Below, piece by piece: positions 31,401 to 43,900 of a stretch of 64,000 nt of DNA. Every line of letters begins with the position of its first letter. Position 1 is the stretch's first letter. Both the position numbers and the translations under genes were made by a program. This stretch comes from Orbicella franksi (Eukaryota): assembly GCA_964199315.1 (NCBI GenBank), contig OZ116702.1, positions 29,326,001 to 29,390,000 on the forward strand. The letters run 5' to 3'. Under the pieces are notes generated by a model that saw only the letters and a program-made list of their open reading frames with translations, was not told the DNA's origin and did no database searches.

Positions 31401-34400
31401 AAGACAGCAGTGGAAGCAACAACGTCGATGTCGGTACTTGTTCCCATGAACCATGTGTAAAGAGAGGAGAGGCGGGAGGCTGCGGGGGCCAGGACTCCAC
31501 TCGAAAGTGTTGCAGCCCTGCCGCTATTATTGACAGCCCCGTGAGTTGTACTAACGGTGAGAAGTTCACCGTTCAGAAAGTCACCGGTTGTGCGTGCGCA
31601 GATTGTGCTGTACCGGAAATGGTTATTCGTGGAAAAGCAGTTGATCCTGAAGGGAATCCGGTAAAGAAAGGCGAGATAACTGTGGCAGATGGAGGGGGAA
31701 AGTACGCAACAGATCTGAGAGGAAATTTCAAGATTGTCGCTAAACCTGGAACCAAGAGACTGGTGATGACCATAAAAGACAAGCTCCAAGGACTGTTAAT
31801 GGACACGACAAAAGTATTTACACTTCATGAGGGTCAGGTGTCATTCTACACCATCGTGCTACAAAAGAAACCACCTGTTATTAAATTCCAAGCCAACGAG
31901 GAGCAGAAAATACCTCTTGGTGGAATCGATGGAAGACCCAGTTTTGTCGACCTCGGCATTCCAGCAAATTGCTTCGTTACTGCTGACGGGAGTATCTACG
32001 ATGGCGAAATCACAGCAAACATCGGCGTGATCGATCCTAGAAGCGAGGCTGACATGGCAGCAGCTCCGGGCGATTTTTCAGCGATAGACGAAAACGGAGA
32101 GGAGGTGATGCTGGGCACAGCGGGAATGTTGAGGCAGGCTTTTACTGACGATAATGGCCGTCAGCTGAGCCTGAGCAAGAACATCACTGTCCGAATAGAC
32201 GCTGACCTGTTGGATATACCCCCTGGCGTTACAGTTGCGCAATGGTACCTTAGCCAGACAACAGGCCGCTGGGTCAAGTTTGGAGAGCTGCGTCCTGCTG
32301 AAGGCGATGAAGTTTCGGGGCAGAAGAGACAAGCAAGGAAGTTCTTTGTGGGAGAAATTACACCAGATGTTCCTCCGGACAACATTAACTGGGATTACGT
32401 CACTGTTGCCAGCCATGTCCGAATTAGAGCTCCTCCAGGTACCGTGGTGACTCGCATTCATCTGAGCGATGATGGTCAACAGTATACTTCTTACCGTCAA
32501 GAAACCGTTCCCGCCAGTGGAACCCTGTGCATTCTATCTTTACGAGACAAGCGAGCAATTCTGCAGGCAGAACTTAATGGAGCGCCTCTAATTCCACAGC
32601 AGACCAGCAACTTCCCTGCAGCAGTGAACCCGCAAATTATCGAACGATCTCCCGCCGGCACACTTTACAAGCTCCAGTCGTTTCAGTTTACTTCTACTAA
32701 AGTGGATGACAGAGGCCCAGTGTATCTGAAAGGCGAGGAAGGCCGATGCGGGCAACACCAAGCAAGCGACTTGGCGTTTGAATTTGAAGAAGCCAATTCC
32801 GGCCAACTGTTCAACTGGGAAAGTCCTCGAAATGAAAATCCTAACGATCCCCGCTTCTGGGATGTGAGGCCAGATGAGATTTGTTTCGTCAAAGCGCTCG
32901 TTACCGGATCGAGACCCGACTCGGTCATATATGTTAAGAGTACCGGAAAAGCTCCTGGTCAACCTGACGTGAATTACGGTTACAGTGCAGAGAAGAGTGC
33001 AGCGGTCCCCTCAGGCTCAGATGGTATAGTGTGCTTGGAGTACCGATGCAATGAAGGCCCGCAAGTGGCATACCAGACCCACCTACAGTTCCTTACTCTG
33101 ACAGGAACATGCACAATTCAGAGTCTCAATAATGTTCTGGATGGGGCACAATCGCGATGTCCTGTGACACCAGATGGTTCCACTAGCCGCGAGCGCAACT
33201 TTTGTGTGCCAAGTGACTTGGTGGGGGGAGACGCAGGGTTGTACACGGGTGATCCAGCTGTGGCCAAGAACAGGTGTGTCACTGGAAACAACCAGTACAA
33301 TTCAGGACGACCGATTGCCACAACTACAAACCCTACTGTGACACTTAACTGCAGGTTAGTGACCCGGGGAGGGAGGGAGGGAGGGAGGGAGGGAGGGAGG
33401 GAGGGAGGGAGGGTATAGTAAAACTATTTACACGGGGGAAGTCCACACCCTTACCCTTCCATATACCTTATTGTTACAGTACTTTTTTTTTTCAAAAATC
33501 GCGAGATTCAAGAACTGCGTAAAAAAGTTTTCGCGAAAATTAACCATGCGAACTTTAATACCTTTAGTACTATATGATTCTTTAATCGAAGTTAACGTCA
33601 GTTTGTTAATTAGTAAAGGGTGAGTCAGCACTTCCTCCCGAGGCTCCATTTGAAGAAACTGACAATGTCCTTCAGCTGTAAGCGTGAATGGACAGCAATG
33701 TCTTTTACAGCTTTGCTTTGTTGCAATGGAGCATGTCATTTCTTTTTTTAGTTTCTGTTTCTTATATGGTTTTCTTCAGTGTCGTTGGAAATTATTGCTA
33801 TGGAAAATTAAAATTTGTTGTGCCAATTCTGAGGCTAACTTTTTGTTAATGCAGATTGGTATTTTGAACAATTTATTTTCGCGAAATTTAGTTCGTTTGA
33901 ACGTTCTTTTCCGGCCAAATCGCGAAATTTAAGTCCCGCGAAATATGCTATTTTCGCGAAATTAGTTCCCGCGAAAATTAGTAGGTACCGTTTTTGTCAC
34001 AAAAGGTACACCTTTCATAATTATATTACGCGAAAGAAGAGGTACTGCATCCCTATTCTTACTTTTTCACTTGCCAATGAGTAGCTCCGCAAAGGCTGGT
34101 CAGACAACGTGCAAAAGGCGTAAATACAATATTTCGGCTGGCCAACACCAATCTTCTTCAGATCTATTTTGAGTGAAACGTGAACTTACATGGTCGAAGC
34201 TTTATATCAAACTCGGAAATAACATGATATGGCTACGTGATGTGTCAAAATAGAGAAAAAAATTCTGAAATAAAAACGGAAATACGGTTTTATACCGTAT
34301 TATAATAATGAAGATAAGGAAACGTAACTGAATTAGCAATTCGGTGGGTCTGTTCGAGATCGTTTAAAATGTCCTTTTAAATGTCTGACTTTTAAATGTC

Positions 34401-34923
34401 TGAAGGCAGCTTGGCCGCGTCGTTTAGGGCGCTGGTGTTGTAATCCGGAGGTCCCGGGTTTAAGCCCTCCACCCTGCCACTAGCTGGATTTGTTCTCGGT
34501 CGTCCCGAGTTCAAATCCTCGGTCACGCTTTGTATATAGCCAACTGGTCTGCCTCCTGCCAGCTGGGAGTTTTTAACCATGTTATGTTCATTTAAAATAT
34601 CTGTTTCCTCTGTTTCAGTGGCATGCCTGCAAACAAGTTATCTCGAAGCTAAGGGCATGACCACTATAAACAACATTTACATTTTTTACATTTCTTCTGT
34701 ATACTCAAACTCGTGAAATCCTTACCCCTTAATATGCTTTTATATATACAGAGAGCCTGAACATATAGAACACTAATAGCATACCACCTAGTAGGCAATA
34801 GGGAGAAATGTTGGATTCAATTAAATTTCGATCATTAGTTATTTATTAAATGACATCTTTACTTGTTTAACACATCTACGATACTTAATTACAGATTGTT
34901 GTTTTTGTGTTCGTTTCAGCTAA
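22409..34923 (+). CDS. Secreted C-type lectin-4xEGF-Ig-CILP-like protein, copy 1 (~1072 aa)
   Basis: Exons 22409-22460, 24268-24291 (or -24300), 24791-25177, 25551-25679, 25864-25977, 26321-26437, 29061-29174, 29938-30043, 30637-30785, 31332-33354 and 34920-34923 join in frame. The large exon resembles the CILP carboxypeptidase-regulatory-like and C-terminal regions ([22 protein letters not shown]...APGDF...D..G....L.TAGM). Confidence 0.8.
26705..28440. mobile_element. AGCCTAG-type MITE carrying a ~1.6-kb internal insertion (left arm)
   Basis: Same TIRs as the 153-bp copy at 46227-46379; extra sequence ~26767-28360 is absent from the right arm. Confidence 0.6.
28694..28970 (+). mobile_element. 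tRNA-derived SINE (present in both arms)
   Basis: A-box-like GGTGGCCTAATGG head, conserved SINE body, mirror at 45743-46024. Confidence 0.75.
34402..34690 (+). mobile_element. tRNA-derived SINE (left arm only)
   Basis: tRNA-like head GGCAGCTTGGCCGCGTCGTTTAGGGCGCTGG...GGTTTAAGCCC and a (TTTACA)-like tail. Confidence 0.7.
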
Positions 34924-35700
34924 AGGTAGTGATGGAATCGGGAAAGTAAACCACTAGAACGGAACCACAAGAAATCTGCCAGTTCTACAGTAGTCGACGT
35001 ATTAAGGAACAAGGGCATTGCTTAAAATTTGGGGGAATAAAAGTGGGATAAACCAGGTAACTTGAAAATTTAATGAAATGTAGATTCTGTAAACTGGCTG
35101 ATAATAAAGAAGGGTATGACAAGGTTTGGATTTCAATGATTTTTTTTGGATAACCACTTTCCCTATCCTTATCGCTCCTTTTCGTAGCTTTGCCGATAAA
35201 ATGATTGGAAGGGCCAACAAATCGAGCATCGGCGAATTCAACAGCTTTAACTCGGTAGCCTGTTGAGTGTTTTAACACCTGATTTTCTTTTTCTAAGATA
35301 AGAAAGGTTCAATGTTTTGTCAATTTTCTGGTACACGTTGATATTCCTGAGTGCGAAGACGCAGTGTAAAGGTGCCCTACCCCAAAACACAATCGGGCTA
35401 AAAGTATATCCCGGGATTAATGTATGACCCCATCTCATTACAGTAGTATCGATCCGGATAGCTTACATGGGTTCTCCGCCCCCAAAGTCCTGGAGATTAT
35501 TAAAAACCACTGCAGTTACCACAACAAAATTGGATTCAATTTTTTGTTAATCAAATTCTTTACTTGTCTGTTTGACGGTTCATGACAGCAACATTCTACC
35601 CATTTTGAAATCAGCGCAACCCAGTTGTTCAAAAGGTGTATAGCGCTATCCACAGGATAAATGATTAATGAGTGTTGAGAGAACATACTGCACTATCCAC

Positions 35701-35733
<33 letters not shown>

Positions 35734-36644
35734 TATCCTTTGATCAACAACCGGGACCTCTTGATTGTCGACGCGCGCGAGCCAGTGTGCGCAAAAAGGA
35801 AATTGTCAACCAAGAGCTTTTGTCTCGATGCACTTAAAAATTCTCCTTACAAATTCTTCCGTGCCGATCTGTAAGGAGAATTGGTACATAAGTTCCTTTC
35901 CTTTTAATTTTTATTTGGAAGCATTCATGTAACTTGAACCTTACTAACTCCAGATAATCATGATACACAAGAAATCACGATCCAAATCAAAGACTTTCAA
36001 AGCAAGTCGTGATTGTAACTAATAGGAGTACAACACACGCGAGTACGCACGCTGAGCCGCTTTATGCGCGTGAACAGCACGACTTGACTTGACTTGTCCT
36101 CAAACTGCTCGCGGATATTGTTGACTGTTTCCTTTACTGATGATACAAAACATTCTAACAGAGGTTATTCACCGAACACTGGTGTATTATAACTTAGTAT
36201 ACACGAAGCTCCAGCAAAAAGCTGGGCACTCTTGACTTTTAGTTTCACCTGATATTCTTGTCAGTTCTCTACACGCTCATGTCTCATACTTCTTTTTACG
36301 AGTTTTGAGTTTCACAAAAGTTCGCACTTTCTTCTGCCACTCATATCGCAACAAAATTACAAAACATAAAAATTAAATTATTTTTAAACAAGTTTGTCTT
36401 CTGTTATCTTCAGTTGTGAACCACAAGTTACAATGTTGAATTTACAGACATGTAACATGTATTCTGTTATATTTTTTCATTATTAGCATTTCTATTTACT
36501 TATTTCCACTTTGTAACTTGTGGTTTACAACTGAAAGTGACGGAAGATCTGTCGAAACGTGTGTTTAAAAATCAAACATTCTGTCTTTTTTCTAAAAATT
36601 GATCCTTATTTTCAAGACATAGCTAACTCCAGCTAATAACTCAG

Positions 36645-38400
36645 TCATCATTATTCCATTAGGCTCCTCGTGGAGCAAAGGGAGTCCACAATGCTGCGCC
36701 AGCGGACTCTGTTGGCCGCAGTCTTCTCTGCTGTATTCCAGCTGATGTTTGCTTTCTTCAACTCTTCTTCAATTGACCTTCTCCAAGTTTTGACTGGTCT
36801 TCCCACCTTCCTTTTACCCTGGGGATTTCATTTCAAGGCCTGCTTGGTAGTGTCAGTGGCTGGTTTTTGTAGCGTATGTCCTATCCAAGCCCATTTCCGT
36901 CTTGCTATCACCACTGGTATGTGCTCTTGTCCTGTCCTACTCCAAAGTTCTTTGTTACTTATCTTTTCTGGCCAGTGAATCCTGAGGATCTTTCTGAGGC
37001 ATTTGTTGACAAAGCTTTGTAGCTTATTCGATAGAGCTTGTGTCACTTGCCAGGTTTCTGAGCTGTAGAGGAACGTAGCTGTAACATTGGTAGTGAAGGT
37101 GCGCAACTTGATTTTGGTGGAAATCGATGAGGCATTCCAGACCGGTCTGAGCGTGTTAAAGGCCAGTCTGGCTTGGCCTATTCTGCACTTCACGTCCTCC
37201 TCAGTTCCTCTGGATTCTGTGATGATGCTACCCAGATATGTGAAGCTTTTGACATCTTCCAGATCCTCTCCCTGATTTTATCCTTCTGCTTTTTGTTAGC
37301 TCGCATCACTTTGGTTTGCAGATCTCCTTGCTTACCCTGAGACCGGTTTTCCCTGCAATCAGTTCTAGGTTGTTGATTTTGGCTTGCATATTTTGCAGTT
37401 TCTGAGAAAGAAGGCATATGTCATCTGCATAATCCAGGTCGTGGAGTTGAGTTGTTATTGTCCACTGTATGCCTGTCTTATCTGTCTTATCCAATCGACA
37501 ACCATTATAAAGATCATCGGGGACAGCAAACAACCTTGACGAACTCCTGTGGTCATTTAAAAAGAATCTGACAGTTTCTCGTTACGGATGACTTGGCAAG
37601 ATGATGACTCATATAGGTCCTGGATCAGTTTGATGAACTTTGGTGGGATTCCATAGTGGTGCATGAGTTGCCAGATGACGTTCCTGTCAACACTGTCGAA
37701 AGCCTTCTCGAAGTCAATAAAATTCAGGTATAATGGAGTCTGCCATTCCTTCGACTGTTCAATGATTATCCTTGAAGTGGCAATATGGTTGGTGCATGAT
37801 CTATCTTTCCTAAACCCTGCCTGGTTACATCGCAGTTGTTTGTCTAGAGCATCTTTCAACCTTTCAAAGATAATGCGGTAGAATACCTTACTTGGGATAG
37901 AAAAGAGCATAATTCCACGCCAGTTGTTGCAAAGTCCTAGGTCCCCCTTTTTGGGTAGCTTCACCAGATACCCATGCTTCCATTCTGATGGAACTCTCTC
38001 AACTTCCCAGATCTTAAGGAAAAGCGGATGTAACATTTCTGCTGTGGTGATGGGATTGATTTTAAGTACTTCAGGCGGGATTCCATCTGGTCCTGCTGCC
38101 CTCCCGTTCTTCAGCTGTTTTAGGGCTCTTACAATCTCTGCTTTAGATAGCAGGGGTCCTTCTGTCTCGTTGATGTCTGGCATAACAGAAGGGGGTGGTC
38201 TGTTCAATAAGTCATGGAAATGCTCTGCCCATCTCGCTCTTTGTTCTGACTCCGTGGAGATGCCGGTCCTGCCTTCCTTGTTCGTAACTGCCCTAGTCAG
38301 TTTGCTTCTCTTTCCAGACATTGTCCTGGTTATCTCATATAACCTTTTCATGTTTCGCTGCCCTGCTGCATTCTCGGCTTCAGTAGCAAGAGAAGTATTT
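36645..38400 (-). mobile_element. RTE-clade non-LTR retrotransposon, 5'-truncated and frameshifted
   Basis: RT motifs (GPDGIP, FIDFEKAFDSV, LDYADD), C-terminal RRKWAWIGHTL..P...KQALKW, and an ATGATGA-type tail. Confidence 0.9.
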
Positions 38401-39205
38401 ACGACCTGGATTATGCAGATGACATATGCCTTCTTTCTCAGAAACTGCAAAGTATGCAATCCAAAATCAACAACCTAGAACTGATTGCAGGGAAAACCGG
38501 CCTCAGGGTAAGCAAGGAGATCTGCAAACCAAAGTGATGCGAGCTAACAAAAAGCAGCAGGATAAAATCAAGTTAAAGGGTGAGGATCTGGAAGATGTCA
38601 AAAGCTTCACTTATCTGGGTAGCATCATCACAGAATCCAGAGGAACTGAGGAGGACGTGAAGTGCAGAATAGGCCAAGCCAGACTGGCCTTTAACACGCT
38701 CAGACCGGTCTGGAATGCCTCATCGATTTCCACCAAAATCAAGCTGCGCACCTTCACTACCAATGTTACAGCTACGTTCCTCTACAGCTCAGAAACCTGG
38801 CAAGTGACACAAGCTCTATCGAATAAGCTACAAAGCTTTGTCAAGAAATGTCTCAGAAAGATCCTCACAATTCACTGGCCAGAAAAGATAAGTAACAAAG
38901 AACTTTGGAGTAGGACAGGACAAGAGCACATACCAACGGTGATAGCAAGACGGAAATGGGCTTGGATAGGACATACGCTACGAAAACCAGCCACTGACAC
39001 TCCCAAGCAGGCCTTGAAATGGAATCCGCAGGGTAAAAGGAAGGTGGGAAGACCAGTCAAAACTTGGAGAAGGTCAATTGAAGAAGAGTTGAAGAAAGCA
39101 AACATCAGCTGGAATACAGCAGAGAAGACTGCGGCCAACAGAGTCCGCTGGCGCAGCATTGTGGACTCCCTTTGCTCCACGAGGAGCCTAATGGAATAAT
39201 GATGA
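38401..39205 (+). mobile_element. Inverted copy of the RTE 3' part (starts just before the YADD motif)
   Basis: Reverse complement of 36645-37442 with scattered substitutions; ORF 38426..39199 encodes the RTE C-terminus. Confidence 0.9.
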
Positions 39206-40113
39206 CTGAGTTATTAGCTGGAGTTAGCTATGTCTTGAAAATAAGGATCAATTTTTAGAAAAAAGACAGAATGTTTGATTTTTAAACACACGTTTCGACA
39301 GATCTTCCGTCACTTTCAGTTGTAAACCACAAGTTACAAAGTGTATAACAGAATAACAGAATACAATACAATATAACAGAATACATGTTACATGTCTGTA
39401 AATTCAACATTGTAACTTGTGGTTCACAACTGAAGATAACAGAAGACAAACTTGTTTAAAAATAATTTAATTTTTATGTTTTGTAATTTTGTTGCGATAT
39501 GAGTGGCAGAAGAAAGTGCGAACTTTTGTGAAACTCAAAACTCGTAAAAAGAAGTATGAGACATGAGCGTGTAGAGAACTGACAAGAATATCAGGTGAAA
39601 CTAAAAGTCAAAGAGTGCCCAGCTTTTTGCTGGAGCTTCGTGTATACTAAGTTATAATACACCAGTGTTCGGTGAATAACCTTTGTTAGAATGTTTTGTA
39701 TCATCAGTAAAGGAAATAGTCAACAATATCCGCGAGCAGTTTGAGGACAAGTCAAGTCAAGTCGTGCTGTTCACGCGCATAAAGCGGCCCAGCGTGCGCA
39801 CTGTCACGTGTGTTGTACTCCTATTAGTTACAATCACGACTTGCTTTGAAAGTCTTTGATTTGGATCGTGATTTCTTGTGTATCATGATTATCTGGAGTT
39901 AGTAAGGTTCAAGTTACATGAATGCTTCCAAATAAAAATTAAAAGGAAAAGGAACTTATATACCAATTCTCCTTACAGATCGGCACGGAAGAATATGTAA
40001 GGAGAATTTTCAAGTGCATCGAGACAAAAGCTCTTGGTTGACAATTTCCTTTCTGCACACACTGGCTAGCGCGCGTCGACAATCAAGAGGTCCCGGTTGT
40101 TGATCAAAGGATA

Positions 40114-40146
<33 letters not shown>

Positions 40147-40975
40147 GTGGATAGTGCAGTATGTTTTCTTAACACTTATCCACACGATAGCAATTTATCG
40201 AGGCCCAATTAATCAATTTGTCCTGTGGATAGCGCTATACACCTTTTGAACTTCTGGGTTGCGCTGATTTCAAAATGGGTAGAATGTTGCTGTCATGAAC
40301 CGTCAAACAGACAAGTAAAGAATTTGATTAACAAAAAATTGAATCCAATTGTGTTGTGGTAACTGCAGTGGTTTCTAATAATCTCCAGGACTTTGGGGGG
40401 GGGGGGGGGAACCCATGTAAGCTATCCGGATCGATACTACTGTAATGAGATGGGGTCATACATTAATCCCGGGATATATTTTTAACATCTGATTTTCTTT
40501 TTCTAAGATAAGAAAGGTTCAATGTTTTGTCAATTTTCTGGTACACGTTGACATTCCTGAGTGCGAAGACGCAGTGTAAAGGTGCCCTACCCCAAAACAC
40601 AATCCGGCTAAAACACTCAACAGGCCACCTCCGTGCTCTTAGCCAAGTTAAAGCTGTTGAATTCGCCGATGCTCGATTTGTTGGCCCTTCCAATCATTTT
40701 ATCGGCAAAGCTACGAAAAGGAGCGATAAGGATAGGGAAAGTGGTTATCCAAAACAAATCATTGAAATCCAAACCTTTTCATACCCTTCTTTATTATCAG
40801 CCAGCTTACAGAATCTACATTTCATTAAATTTTCAAGTTACCTGGTTTATCCCACTTTTATTCCCCCAAATTTTAAGCAATGCCCTTGTTCCTTAATACG
40901 TCGACTACTGTAGAACTGGCAGATTTTGTTGTGGTTCCGTTCTAGTGGTTTACTTTCCCGATTCCATCACTGCCT

Positions 40976-43900
40976 TTAGCTGAAACGAAAACAGAAACAA
41001 CAATCTGTAATTAAGTATCGTAGATGTGTTAAACAAGTAAAGATGTCATTTTATAAATAACTAATGATCGAAATTTAATTGACTCTAACATTTCTCCCTA
41101 TTGCGTCACTATATGTTCAGGCTCTAGATAGCTATAAAAGCATATAAAAGAGTATTCAGACATTTTTAAATTCAGTTAGGTTTGCTTATCTCCATTATTA
41201 TAATACGGTATAATACCATATCTCTCACACATCACGTAGCCTTATCATGTTATTTCCGGGTTTAATATAAAGCTTAGACGATGTAAGTTCATGTTTCACT
41301 CAAAAAATAGCTGATTTTTTGAAAATCGCGAAAATTAAGTCCCGCGAAAATAAGTAACAATAAGGTATATGGATGTGAAGATATTTTTAGTACCCCCTGC
41401 CTCCCTCCCTCCCTTCTTCCCTCCCTCCCTCCCTCCCTCCCTCCCTCCCCGGGTCACTAACCTGCAGTTAAGTGTCACAGTAGGGTTTGTAGTTGTGGCA
41501 ATCGGTCGTCCTGAATTGTACTGGTTGTTTCCAGTGACACACCTGTTCTTGGCCACAGCTGGATCACCCGTGTACAACCCTGCGTCTCCCCCCACCAAGT
41601 CACTTGGCACACAAAAGTTGCGCTCGCGGCTAGTGGAACCATCTGGTGTCACAGGACATCGCGATTGTGCCCCATCCAGAACATTATTGAGACTCTGAAT
41701 TGTGCATGTTCCTGTCAGAGTAAGGAACTGTAGGTGGGTCTGGTATGCCACTTGCGGGCCTTCATTGCATCGGTACTCCAAGCACACTATACCATCTGAG
41801 CCTGAGGGGACCGCTGCACTCTTCTCTGCACTGTAACCGTAATTCACGTCAGGTTGACCAGGAGCTTTTCCGGTACTCTTAACATATATGACCGAGTCGG
41901 GTCTCGATCCGGTAACGAGCGCTTTGACGAAACAAATCTCATCTGCCCTCACATCCCAGAAGCGGGGATCGTTAGGATCTTCAATTCGAGGACTTTCCCA
42001 GTGGAACAGTTGGCCGGAATTGGCTTCTTCAAATTCAAACGCCAAGTCGCTTGCCTGGCGTTGCCCACATCGGCCTTCCTCGCCTTTCAGATACACTGGG
42101 CCTCTGTCATCCACTTTAGTAGAAGTAAACTGAAACGACTGGAGCTTGTAAAGTGTGCCGGCGGGAGATCGTTCGATAATTTGCGGGTTCACTGCTGCAG
42201 GGAAGTTGCTGGTCTGCTGTGGAATTAGAGGCGCTCCATCAAGTTCTGCCTGCAGAATTGCTCGCTTGTCTCGTAAAGATAGAATGCACAGGGTTCCACT
42301 GGCGGGAACGGTTTCTTGACGGTAAGAAGTATACTGTTGACCATCATCGCTCAGATGAATGCGAGTCACCACGGTACCTGGAGGAGCTCTAATTCGGACA
42401 TGGCTGGCAACAGTGACGTAATCCCAGTTAATGTTGTCTGGAGGAACATCTGGTGTAATTTCTCCCACAAAGAACTTCCTTGCTTGTCTCTTCTGCCCCG
42501 AAACTTCATCGCCTTCAGCAGGACGCAGCTCTGGGGGTATATCCAACAGGTCAGCGTCTATTCGGACAGTGATGTTCTTGCTCAGGCTCAGCTGACGGCC
42601 ATTATCGTCAGTAAAAGCCTGCCTCAATATTCCCGCTGTGCCCAGCATCACCTCCTCTCCGTTTTCGTCTATCGCTGAAAAATCGCCCGGAGCTGCTGCC
42701 AGGTCAGCCTCGCTTCTAGGATCGATCACGCCGATGTTTGCTGTGATTTCGCCATCGTAGATACTCCCGTCAGCAGTAACGAAGCAATTTGCTGGAATGC
42801 CGAGGTCGACAAAACTGGGTTTTCCATCGATTCCACCAAGAGGTATTTTCTGCTCCTCGTTGGCTTGGAATTTAATAACAGGTGGTTTCTTTTGTAGCAC
42901 GATGGTGTAGAATGACACCTGACCCTCATGAAGTGTAAATACTTTTGTCGTGTCCATTAACAGTCCTTGGAGCTTGTCTTTTATGGTCATCACCAGTCTC
43001 TTGGTTCCGGGTTTAGCGACAATCTTGAAATTTCCTCTCAGATCTGTTGCGTACTTTCCCCCTCCATCTGCCACAGTTATCTCGCCTTTCTTTACCGGAT
43101 TCCCTTCAGGATCAACTGCTTTTCCACGAATAACCATTTCCGGTACAGCACAATCTGCGCACGCACAACCGGTGACTTTCTGAACGGTGAACTTCTCACC
43201 GTTAGTACAACTCACGGGGCTGTCAATAATAGCGGCAGGGCTGCAACACTTTCGAGTGGAGTCCTGGCCCCCGCAGCCTCCCGCCTCTCCTCTCTTTACA
43301 CATGGTTCATGGGAACAAGTACCGACATCGACGTTGTTGCTTCCACTGCTGTCTTCAGAACATCCTGGAGGCAAAGCTACAACCTTTTCTTTTGGAGTGG
43401 AGTCGCATGAATCGTCGCCACTGCCTGAAATTGTAAGTCATAAAAGCTGTTTAAGCTATATAAACCATTTAAAATGCTTATAAGTTAAATATTTTTCAGT
43501 GCCAATATCTTTTCTTGGATATAAGAACAGGTGTGCTCTGGAAGGGGGGGGGGATGTCATCGTTGCGCCAGTAGCGACATAGGTAAGGGCTGAAGGGGAG
43601 ACGGGGGGCTCGGGCCCGCGGCAATTTTCCGATGTTATTGTTAAAATTATGGCTCGCAGAAGCAACCGAATAACTGATAATTGTTATTGCCCAATTATAC
43701 CGTAGTGCGAACACTGGCGAGCCATAGGCTCCGAAATTCCTTTCGTTAGCTTTGCATCACCAACAAAAATTTTCGGAAATTCAAACCGGATTTTTTGGTC
43801 GAATGGAAAGCGCCCCTTATCTCTGCAACGAATCCGGTAAACTTCCCCTTCAGTTTTTACATTTCTGACATGAGTAACCCATAATTTCACAGTGGTGAAA

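Larger units (their letters stand above)
12754..37442 (+). repeat. Left arm of ~50-kb inverted duplication
   Basis: Reverse-complement match to 38401-62800; mirrored ORF pairs throughout (e.g. 18415..18756/56148..56489, 22497..22934/51486..51923, 31382/43374). Confidence 0.95.

Noticed and set aside
33355-33418. C-terminal [14 protein letters not shown] tail of ORFs 31382..33418 and 41335..43374
   Set aside because: Read-through into a (GGGA)n intronic tract. Donor AG|GTTAGT at 33355 and a terminal exon at 34920 give ...TLNCS*.
37443-38400. Whole palindrome as a sequencing fold-back chimera
   Set aside because: The arms carry many differences, including arm-specific insertions with TSDs, which a single-molecule chimera cannot produce. 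A haplotype mis-join is disfavoured but not excluded.
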